Of a stretch of DNA of 21,993 nt, positions 7,837 to 14,787 are shown piece after piece. Position 1 is the stretch's first letter. Each line of letters begins with the position of its first letter. The position numbers and the translations under genes are program-made. The DNA lies in assembly GCA_021784555.1 (NCBI GenBank), contig JAJYHY010000119.1, forward strand, positions 1 through 21,993, in the 5' to 3' direction. Source of the DNA: a bacterium. Lineage in GTDB: Bacteria > Verrucomicrobiota > Verrucomicrobiia > Limisphaerales > UBA8199. The notes under the pieces are model-generated. The model saw only the letters and a list, made by a program, of their open reading frames with translations, was not told the origin of the DNA and did not search any database.

Positions 7837-8862
7837 TCAGAACGGAACCAGGCAGCCCCGCTCCACCGATTCCTGGGCTTTCAAACACATCCGCACCGAC
7901 CACAGCCCGTCCTCGCCGGTGGCGGCGAGTTTTGCGTTTCCGGACACCGCTTCGGCCACCATGGCAATCTCGTCCGCCAGTTCATACACCTCGCCGGTAA
8001 TTTTCCTCAGCGGGACATCGGTGTGCTTTTCCCCATCGAAATACTTCAGCGAGAATGTGGGATGAAACGTCCGGTCCATCGCCCCGCTCCAACTGGCCCA
8101 GAGGGCGCCGCGCGTGCCAGTGACCTTGGCGACCTGGTGGTGTTCGAACCCGCTCAGCGTTTGCGAAATGACCGCATAAGCGTCCTTGGGGAAATTGACA
8201 ATCGCGCTGAAGTTGTCCTGCAGCTCCGGGTGATCGGGCCGGCGCGCGTTGGCTCGGGCGAAAATGCTCTCGGGCGCTCCCAAACCCGAGAAGTACCACC
8301 GGGCCAGGTCGAAGAAATGTATCGGCTCTTCGAGAATCCAGTTGCCAACCCGCCGGATGTCGTAGCGCCAGCCTTCGCCGCCCGTACGATAGGGATTGCG
8401 CCACAACTCGATGAGCGTGTATTGCGGTTGTCCGATGGCCCCGGCGTCGATCATCTCCTTGACCTTGCCCCAGAGCGAAGAGAGGCGAAATTCGTGGCCG
8501 ATGGCCAGCAGACGGCCCTGTTGCCGCGCGAGGCGGATAAGCTCTTCACAGTCGCTGACCGAAAGGGCCATCGGCTTTTCCAGGAGCAGGTGCTTGCCCG
8601 CGCGCAACACGTCCGCGCCAACCGGGAAATGCAGGTCGGTCGGCAGGACCACGTCCACCACCTCAATATCCGTCCGCGCCAGCAACTCACGGTAATCCGC
8701 CAGCACTGAGGCGTCCGGATGCAGGCGGTGGGACTCGGCCTGATTGGCTGGCGAGCGCACAGCGATCGCGGACAATTCAGCCTGGGCGCACTCGGCAATC
8801 GCGCGCGCGTGATGCCGGCCCCAAGCCCCAAAACCGATGACGCCAAAGCGAACCTTTTTCAT
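7837..8862 (-). CDS. Gfo/Idh/MocA-family NAD(P)-dependent oxidoreductase
   Basis: N-terminal Rossmann motif RFGVIGFGAWGRHHARA, EKPMALS catalytic region, 341 aa; family signature throughout. Confidence 0.9.
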   Translation of the reverse strand: MKKVRFGVIGFGAWGRHHARAIAECAQAELSAIAVRSPANQAESHRLHPDASVLADYRELLARTDIEVVDVVLPTDLHFPVGADVLRAGKHLLLEKPMALSVSDCEELIRLARQQGRLLAIGHEFRLSSLWGKVKEMIDAGAIGQPQYTLIELWRNPYRTGGEGWRYDIRRVGNWILEEPIHFFDLARWYFSGLGAPESIFARANARRPDHPELQDNFSAIVNFPKDAYAVISQTLSGFEHHQVAKVTGTRGALWASWSGAMDRTFHPTFSLKYFDGEKHTDVPLRKITGEVYELADEIAMVAEAVSGNAKLAATGEDGLWSVRMCLKAQESVERGCLVPF

Positions 8863-9253
8863 GATTGATGTGTGGCGGCCGGTCCCAAATCAAAACAACC
8901 GGCATGGTTACATGGGCAAGCGGGATGACGGAGTGCTGGAGTGTTGGGTCTTTCGTCACTCCACCGCTCCGTCCCGAGTGCCCCAATGTTCCGTGCTTCG
9001 GTTTAGTTCGATCGCAGGCCAATTGCAAGCATGGTTGCAAATAGGTCTGATCCTGGCATACGGCCCCTTTGTCCCGCGCTTTTCGCGTACTTTATCCTCG
9101 GCTCTTGGTCGGGAAGCAAAGGGACAAAATGCCCGATAAAGTATGAGATACCCGGCCCGATAAAGCGGGCCTGGGTCGAGATGAATCGCCACGGCCATTG
9201 ACAAAGTCCGCCCCCGCGAACAGCGCCACTTGGCCCCGAGAGCAGCTTGACTC

Positions 9254-9285
9254 GCATGAGCACACCTTGCAAGGTGTGCTCATGC
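9254..9285. promoter_or_regulatory. Perfect 32-bp palindrome GCATGAGCACACCTTGCAAGGTGTGCTCATGC overlapping the ATG of the ArsR-like gene; putative autoregulatory operator
   Basis: Verified self-reverse-complementary by hand; TTGACA/TTGACT -35-like hexamers at ~9200 and ~9249 just upstream; ATG at 9282 lies inside the palindrome. Confidence 0.5.
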
Positions 9286-9839
9286 AACCCGCCCGCCCCG
9301 CTTCAGCCAACCCTCTGGCGCACCGGCCGCGCCTTCGCCACCGCCTTGGGCTCTTCGCTTCGCCGGCGCAGCAACCCGGCCAAACCGTCGGTGCCCTCGC
9401 CCAGTGCGTGCAGGTGCCGCCCGCGCTCGCCAGCCAATATCTGCGTCGGCTCGAAGCGCGGGGATTGCTGAGCGCTGAGCGAGTCGGACGCTGGGTCAAG
9501 TACCGCCCCAGTGAGGCGCCGAACTCCTCAAACTCGAGCGGTTTGGCGGCGGCACTGGCGGCGTCGTTCCGAGGCGAAGCCGGCCCCGTGGAGACCCTCT
9601 TTAAGTTGGCCACCGCCTTCACCCATCCGCGGCGGATTGAACTCCTTGGCCTGCTGCACCGGCGGCCGCACTGAGTGGCCGAGTTGCGAGCGGTGACCAA
9701 AATGTCTTCTCAGGCGTTATCACGTCATCTGCGCAAGCTGGAGAGCCGTGGGTTCATTGCGCGAGCGGCGCAAGGGTATGCCGCGGTCGAGACGTCCACG
9801 GAGGTTGGGCGAGAGATGGCGCGGTTGGCGGTGCGGTAG
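9282..9839 (+). CDS. Tandem winged-HTH ArsR/SmtB-family-like regulator (two HTH units), interrupted by an in-frame TGA at 9672-9674 (possible pseudogene or readthrough)
   Basis: HTH1: LRHRLGLFASP...TVGALAQCVQVPPALASQYLRRLEARGLLSAERVGRWVKYRP. HTH2: FTHPRRIELLGLLHRRPH*VAELRAVTKMSSQALSRHLRKLESRGFIARAAQGYAAVE. Frame stays open through TGA to TAG at 9837-9839 (186 codons); copy 1 has GGA (Gly) one codon from the aligned TGA position. Confidence 0.55.
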
Positions 9840-9845
9840 CCGGGA

Positions 9846-9881
9846 GGGTTTGAGCACACCTTGCAAGGTGTGCTCAAACCC
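9846..9881. promoter_or_regulatory. Perfect 36-bp palindrome GGGTTTGAGCACACCTTGCAAGGTGTGCTCAAACCC immediately 3' of the ArsR-like gene; shares the 24-bp core with the upstream palindrome
   Basis: Hand-verified; core GAGCACACCTTGCAAGGTGTGCTC identical to 9258-9281; as RNA would form a ~16-bp hairpin; a TTTT tract follows 7 nt downstream. Confidence 0.5.
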
Positions 9882-10082
9882 GTTTTGGCTCTGGAGACCC
9901 CAGTTGCCCTAAAATATCCAAACTCCAGCGGAGGTCGCGCGGCGACGACCCTGCCCCATTGAGCTGCTGAACGGGTTACGTCGGCGACGCAGGTTCGGCG
10001 ACCAAATGCCACTAACATTTGGCCACGTGAGTCATTGCGAGGACCGGGTATGCCTGTGTGCCGGAGGCACCTTCGAGAATAG

Positions 10083-10102
10083 CCCAACGTCTTGACGTTG
10101 GG
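10083..10102. promoter_or_regulatory. Perfect 20-bp palindrome CCCAACGTC-TT-GACGTTGGG upstream of the beta-propeller/NagB operon
   Basis: Hand-verified inverted repeat; lies ~160-200 bp upstream of the 10258/10282 start. Confidence 0.35.
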
Positions 10103-10257
10103 TGGGCGCACGGAATGGACCAAGTCCAGACAGGGACGGCCGAAGCCCTGACCAAGACCTCTGCTCACAGCCGCTTCAGCCGTCCCTAACGGGACTTATG
10201 GCTTTTCATCAGATGAATCGCCGCATAGTACCAGGCATGGTTTGACACGGCGCAAAA

Positions 10258-11283
10258 GTGCGGCGTACTCTCACACGGCTAATGAACTTAACTACTGACG
10301 CGGTTTCGGAAGCATTTGCCCGAAGTGAGACCCTTCGGCAACCGGTCGGCGCGGGGCCTGGATATTGGGCGGGCGCGCCGGGGGCTTTCTACGAGGAAAG
10401 CGAGCGCGCGTGGTATCTTACCTACCGGATTCGGCGTCCACGCGGTGTCGCGCCGGACCGGGGCGGGGAGGCGCGAATCGCGCGCTCAACCGATTTGAGG
10501 ATTTGGGAGGATATTTGGTCGGTTACGAAGGACAAGTTTGGCACGGCCTCCATCGAGCGTTGCGCCCTCCGTCGCGGGCCTGATGACCAATGGCGCTACT
10601 TTGTGAGCTATGTCGATCCGGCCGACGGGCGTTGGTGCGTGTCGGTTCTCAGGGCGGCGGAGGTACGGAGGCTCGATGCGGCGCGAGCAACACCGGTCTT
10701 CAAAGCGGCGCCGCTCGGATTGGAAGGCGTCAAGGACCCTTGGATTCTTGAACACCAGGGGAGCCTTTACATGTTCCTCAGTGTCGCCTTGCCCACTTCC
10801 CAAACCACCGCTCAGTCCCACAGCACCTTGGACATCTTTAATACTGGCGAATGTGTCTCGGCCACGGGCTTGGCCACCTCTGGAGATCTGGACGAGTGGC
10901 ATTGGCAAGGAATCGTCTTCAAGCCGGAGGCGAGCGGCTGGGACCGCTATTGCCGTCGCATCGACAGCGTCCTTCCGGAGCAGGGGCAGTTCCTTGCCTT
11001 TTACGACGGGAGCGCCAGCCACGCTGAGAACTACGAAGAAAAGACCGGGCTGGCGGTCTCCGCGGATTTGCGTCAATGGCACACCCTTGCCCCAGACACT
11101 CCGAAGTTCACCAGCAAGGACGGTTCCGGCTGCCTGCGCTACGTGGAGGCGCAAGTTCGGGAGGGTCACGCGCACCTGTTCTTTGAAGTCGCCCGCCCTG
11201 ACGGCGCGCACGAACTGCGCCTGGCTACGCTGCCCGTGAGTTTGCCGGAGGCACGAAAAGCGGGCGAGACCGCCCCAACCTGA
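10258..11283 (+). CDS. 5-bladed beta-propeller glycosidase/phosphorylase-like protein (GH43/GH32/GH130 superfamily-like), hypothetical
   Basis: 341 aa ORF (GTG at 10258; first ATG 10282); repeated WxxxG/DG-rich blade-like segments (DPWILEHQGSLYMF, GLAVSADLRQWH); stop 1 nt before the next gene's ATG. Confidence 0.65.
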   Translation: MRRTLTRLMNLTTDAVSEAFARSETLRQPVGAGPGYWAGAPGAFYEESERAWYLTYRIRRPRGVAPDRGGEARIARSTDLRIWEDIWSVTKDKFGTASIERCALRRGPDDQWRYFVSYVDPADGRWCVSVLRAAEVRRLDAARATPVFKAAPLGLEGVKDPWILEHQGSLYMFLSVALPTSQTTAQSHSTLDIFNTGECVSATGLATSGDLDEWHWQGIVFKPEASGWDRYCRRIDSVLPEQGQFLAFYDGSASHAENYEEKTGLAVSADLRQWHTLAPDTPKFTSKDGSGCLRYVEAQVREGHAHLFFEVARPDGAHELRLATLPVSLPEARKAGETAPT

Positions 11284-11284
11284 C

Positions 11285-12127
11285 ATGTTCCCTCCCTACC
11301 TCGCTATCCCTGCCGCTGAGCTTGGCAAAGGCACGCCGGTAAAGGTCCGCATTGTTGGCGACATGCCATCGCTGGGCCGCGACCTGGCGGATGTCCTCAA
11401 GCAGGAAATCGTAACCGCCAACCGGGAGGGACGCGGCGGCACTTTCATCATTCCGATCGGGCCGGTCGATCAGTATCCCCTCCTGGCGCAAGAGTTGAAC
11501 GAGGAGAAAATCTCCTGCCGTGACGTGGTTTTTATTGGCATGGATGAGTACTTGGATGAGCGCGGCGCCTGGCTGCCGGAGAATCACCCGCTCAGCTTCC
11601 GTGGCCACCTGAACCGGATGTTTTACAGCGTGCTGGAGCCGGCGCTGGCGCCTCCGCCGGAGCACCGAATCTTTCCCGACCCGCATTCGCTCTCCACACT
11701 CCCGAAGCTCATCGCCGAGCGGGGCGGCGTCGATGCTTGTTTCGGCGGCATCGGCATAACCGGTCATCTCGCGTTCAATGAACCGCCGGAGTCAGGTGAC
11801 AAGATGGTGTCGCTGGAGTCCTTTGCGGCGCGGCAAACGCGCGTCCTGGCGCTGAGCCGTGAAACCCGCACTATCAACTCCGTGACCGTCGGCGGGGAGA
11901 TCGCCATTATCCCACAACTCGCCGTTACCGTTGGCATGAAGGAAATTCTGGGGGCCCGGCGCCTGCGCCTCTATTGCAACCGCCCATGGCAAAGCGCCGT
12001 GGTGCGGCGCGCCCTGCACGGTCCCATTAGTCCAGCCTGTCCCGCCTCGCTCATCCGTACGCACGCGGACGCCGTGCTGACTGTGGCCGACTATGTCGCT
12101 GCGCCGCCGGACATCAGGTTGCGATAG
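11285..12127 (+). CDS. Glucosamine-6-phosphate deaminase/isomerase (NagB)-family protein
   Basis: VVFIGMDEY...GGIGITGHLAFNEP matches the NagB/6-phosphogluconolactonase family core (MDEY and GHIAFNEP motifs). Confidence 0.8.
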   Translation: MFPPYLAIPAAELGKGTPVKVRIVGDMPSLGRDLADVLKQEIVTANREGRGGTFIIPIGPVDQYPLLAQELNEEKISCRDVVFIGMDEYLDERGAWLPENHPLSFRGHLNRMFYSVLEPALAPPPEHRIFPDPHSLSTLPKLIAERGGVDACFGGIGITGHLAFNEPPESGDKMVSLESFAARQTRVLALSRETRTINSVTVGGEIAIIPQLAVTVGMKEILGARRLRLYCNRPWQSAVVRRALHGPISPACPASLIRTHADAVLTVADYVAAPPDIRLR

Positions 12128-12278
12128 GCCATGACGTGAAGGGCATGAAGGCCAAAATGTCTTTGTCACGGTGGTCGCCGAGGCGTAAGCTTTTGACATG
12201 AGCGCAACAGTGGAAACACCTGCCGCTGATTTGGGACAGATAATAGTGCGCACTCCGGGGGTTCTGCAAGCGCAAGCC

Positions 12279-13109
12279 TTAAGATTTACTGAGGTCGCGC
12301 AGGAACGCCCACATGGCCTTGAGGTTGCGCGTAGGATAGCGGGCGGTGAAACGCTTGAGCGCGAAGGGCGAGGCGCCCGGCGGGTTTATCCCGGCCGCCG
12401 TCGTACAGGCGCTACGGTAACCGGCCTCGGCAACCAGGTCGCTTACGCGCTGATCCCAGTCGCCATAAGGGTAGCAAAAATGCTCGACCGGAAAGCCGAA
12501 CTTATCCTCAAGGGCCTTCTTGCTCGCGACAATCTCCTCCCGGGCCGCGTCCTCGGAAAGGCGGGTCAGCCAGGGATGGGTTCGAGTGTGGGAGCCGATC
12601 TGCTGTCCAGCAGCCAACCACTCGCGTACCCGGACCTCATCCATGAGGGGCTGGGACACGTCTCCGACCCGTTGCTGCCAGAGATTGGTCTTGCCAAGAA
12701 GGTCTGAGACCAGGAACTGGATGCCGAAGAAATGGTGCTGCGTGAGCACCGGCAAAGCGTGTTCAAATACATCGCGGAATCCATCGTCGAACGTGAGAAA
12801 GACGCTAGGATTGGCATCAGCGGAGCGGGTAAAGATGCTGTCCAGGGGAGGAGCTAAAAAACCGGCGCCCGCCAGTTCCGCCATTTGGGCTGCGAAGAGC
12901 TTTGGGTGGAGATAAAGTCCCTTTAGGCGCGGACGGCTTGGCCGCGGCCCCACATGATGATAAGCGAGAATCGGCCGGCCCCGTGTGAACACCTCACGAA
13001 AAGGAGCGAGCCGGCTATAGTAGCGAGGCAGAGGCGGAGCAGGCTTCAGTGTCCATCCAGGAGATGTCACCAACTCAGTCATGCCTGGACTGTGCCAGCG
13101 GCAGTGCAA
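12279..13109 (-). CDS. Polysaccharide deacetylase (NodB-homology, CE4) family protein
   Basis: LTFDDGFRDVFEHALP (TFDDG motif), conserved His-containing motifs (GSHTRTHPWL), C-terminal HFCYPYGDW; alternative start MTELV at 13082. Confidence 0.85.
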   Translation of the reverse strand: MHCRWHSPGMTELVTSPGWTLKPAPPLPRYYSRLAPFREVFTRGRPILAYHHVGPRPSRPRLKGLYLHPKLFAAQMAELAGAGFLAPPLDSIFTRSADANPSVFLTFDDGFRDVFEHALPVLTQHHFFGIQFLVSDLLGKTNLWQQRVGDVSQPLMDEVRVREWLAAGQQIGSHTRTHPWLTRLSEDAAREEIVASKKALEDKFGFPVEHFCYPYGDWDQRVSDLVAEAGYRSACTTAAGINPPGASPFALKRFTARYPTRNLKAMWAFLRDLSKS

Positions 13110-13180
13110 ACGTCAATGCTCAACGTGATTGGGGCCCTTTTTGCAACGGGTCAGGTCAAGCTGCCAGACGCACGCAATAG

Positions 13181-13244
13181 GAGCGCGGACGCCCTCGTCC
13201 GCGTCGCTGGAAAGCCGCAGTCGCGGACGGGGGCGTCCGCGCTC
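13181..13244. promoter_or_regulatory. Two adjacent hairpin/operator-like palindromes CGCGGACG-N4-CGTCCGCG (13183-13203 and 13222-13241) inside a 14-bp outer inverted repeat GAGCGCGGACGCCC/GGGCGTCCGCGCTC
   Basis: Sits in the divergent intergenic region between the deacetylase (-) and the B12-riboswitch operon (+); centre-to-centre spacing ~40 bp. Confidence 0.4.
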
Positions 13245-13278
13245 TTATCACCAACCTGAGCAGTTACCCATTTTTTTG

Positions 13279-13489
13279 GTAGCCAACGGCACGCCCAGCG
13301 GCTATATAGAAGGCGTTCTTTGAAAGGCAAAGCAAACACAGCCGGGCGTCAGGGAACCCCGTGAAAATCGGGGACGGTTACGCCACTGTAACGGGCTACA
13401 AGCTCCCAAGGCCACTGATCTGTCGATCGGGAAGGCGGGAGCGAGGTTGAAGCCCGGAGTCAGGATATCGGTCTGGCCGTGCTCGTCAT
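13279..13489 (+). ncRNA. Cobalamin (adenosylcobalamin/B12) riboswitch
   Basis: Conserved core elements in order on the + strand: AGGGAA (13350), CCCCGTGAAAATCGGGG, ACGGTTACGCCACTGTAACGGG, B12 box GGCCACTG (13410), GGGAAGGC (13429), 3' AGTCAGGATATCGGTCTGGCC; matches the RF00174 consensus architecture. Confidence 0.8.
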
Positions 13490-13520
13490 GGCCCCGCTCT
13501 ACGGGGTCAGCTTCTCCGTT
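13490..13520 (+). terminator. Candidate expression-platform terminator hairpin (GGCCCCG-ctcta-CGGGGTC) followed by a weak U-rich tract
   Basis: 7-bp GC-rich stem immediately after the riboswitch 3' strand; then agcTTCTCCGTT. Confidence 0.3.
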
Positions 13521-13673
13521 AAAGAGAAGGATGAGGCCAGCCCCGGGCGCGGGTGCGCATGGGGACTTGTCGAATGACTGCCATTCGCCGATTTGCCGGC
13601 GCCGGAAGGCTGCTCCTTTCGGCCCGGCGCTGGTCTCTCAATCGTCAACCGCAGCAAGTATTGAAAGATCAGC

Positions 13674-14693
13674 ATGTTCAAAATCCAGTCGTCCACGCTG
13701 GCCCTGGCCGGCGCTGTACTCGTTTCCACGGTTGCCTCGGCCACTATTTATGCCGCGGGCGTTGACCTCGTTACCGAAGATTTCGCGCAACCACCCTCTA
13801 CTCGAGGCTGGCAGGTCTTTGGCGACACAAACCTGTTCCAATGGAACCAGGCGGGGCAGAACCTCGCCGTCACCTGGGATTCCTCCAAGCCCAATAGCTT
13901 CTTCTATCATCCCCTCGGCAGGATGTTGGACCGGAGCAATGATTTTACGCTGACGTTCGACTTGGTTCTCAATGACATCGCGATTGGAACGGACCCCGGC
14001 ATGCCGGGCACCTTCGAAATCGCCTTGGGTCTCATCAATCTCTCAAAGGCCACCAATACGGATTTCTTGCGTGGCACCGGCTTCAACTCCCCCGACCTGG
14101 CCGAATTCGATTACTTTCCTGATTCAGGCTACGGCGCCACCGTCGCCGCGACGCTCATTTCCGACACCAATGAATTCAACAGCGGCGGCTATGGGTTTCC
14201 GCTCGAGTTGACAACGAATGACCTCTTCCACGTACAGATGCATTTCGATGTCGCGACACAAAGCCTGACGACGACCATGACCCGGAATGGACAGCCGTTC
14301 GGCCCAATTCCTGACGCTTTTCTCGGAACCAACTTCAGCGACTTTCACGTGGATTGCCTGGCCATCAGCAGTTACTCCGATGCCGGGCAGGACCCCGCCT
14401 ACGCCGGTTCCATTCTCGCCCACGGCATCCTCGATAACCTGTCGTTGGGCGTGCCACTTCCGGCAGGGACTCTGACTGGAGGGTTCTCCAGCGGCGGGTT
14501 TGAGGTCCGGTTCGATAGCCTTACTAACTGGCTCTATACGCTTGAACGGACGAAGGATTTCTCGAGTTGGGACGATATTCCACCCGCGGTGAACGGGACT
14601 GGGGGCGAGTTGGAGTTGTCGGATACGAACGGGCCGGCTGGCGCCGCGTTCTATCGCGTCAAAGCCGCGCCGGGCGTGCAGCCTGGCTTGTGA
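13674..14693 (+). CDS. Secreted hypothetical protein with a C-terminal beta-sandwich-like domain ending ...FYRV; first gene downstream of the B12 riboswitch
   Basis: N-terminal signal peptide MFKIQSSTLALAGAVLVSTVASATIYA; 339 aa, Thr/Asn/Gly/Asp-rich; C-terminal ~80 aa pattern FEVRFDSLTNWLYTLERTKDFSSWDDI...GGELELSDTN...AAFYRV seen in many PVC surface proteins; no characterised domain recognised. Confidence 0.75.
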   Translation: MFKIQSSTLALAGAVLVSTVASATIYAAGVDLVTEDFAQPPSTRGWQVFGDTNLFQWNQAGQNLAVTWDSSKPNSFFYHPLGRMLDRSNDFTLTFDLVLNDIAIGTDPGMPGTFEIALGLINLSKATNTDFLRGTGFNSPDLAEFDYFPDSGYGATVAATLISDTNEFNSGGYGFPLELTTNDLFHVQMHFDVATQSLTTTMTRNGQPFGPIPDAFLGTNFSDFHVDCLAISSYSDAGQDPAYAGSILAHGILDNLSLGVPLPAGTLTGGFSSGGFEVRFDSLTNWLYTLERTKDFSSWDDIPPAVNGTGGELELSDTNGPAGAAFYRVKAAPGVQPGL

Positions 14694-14787
14694 ACCGTGA
14701 GGCGCCGCCGTGCCACAACTATATATAGCCTGTCCCAAAACTGCAGGAGAGGAGGTAACGAGTCTCTGTTCCGCTCCAAAAGACCCA

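Noticed and set aside
7720-8709. 329-aa + strand ORF
   Set aside because: Antisense to the well-supported Gfo/Idh/MocA gene; Arg/Pro/Gly-rich low-complexity translation typical of wrong-frame high-GC DNA.
9672-9674. In-frame TGA as selenocysteine codon (it aligns near the Cys-containing metal-site region of ArsR/SmtB proteins)
   Set aside because: No SECIS-like hairpin immediately downstream and no selenoprotein machinery in the window; a one-nucleotide difference from the paralog's GGA codon makes a nonsense mutation the simpler explanation. Kept only as a low-probability alternative.
9846-9881. Canonical intrinsic terminator call for the 36-bp palindrome
   Set aside because: Strong hairpin, but the U-tract is short and displaced (AAACCCGUUUUGG); reported as a regulatory palindrome instead.
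10486-11286. 266-aa minus-strand ORF
   Set aside because: Antisense to the beta-propeller gene; Arg-rich, no domain features.
13447-13953. 168-aa + ORF between riboswitch and first gene
   Set aside because: Starts inside the riboswitch 3' strand, Arg/Pro/Ser-rich, and overlaps the well-supported secreted-protein gene in another frame.
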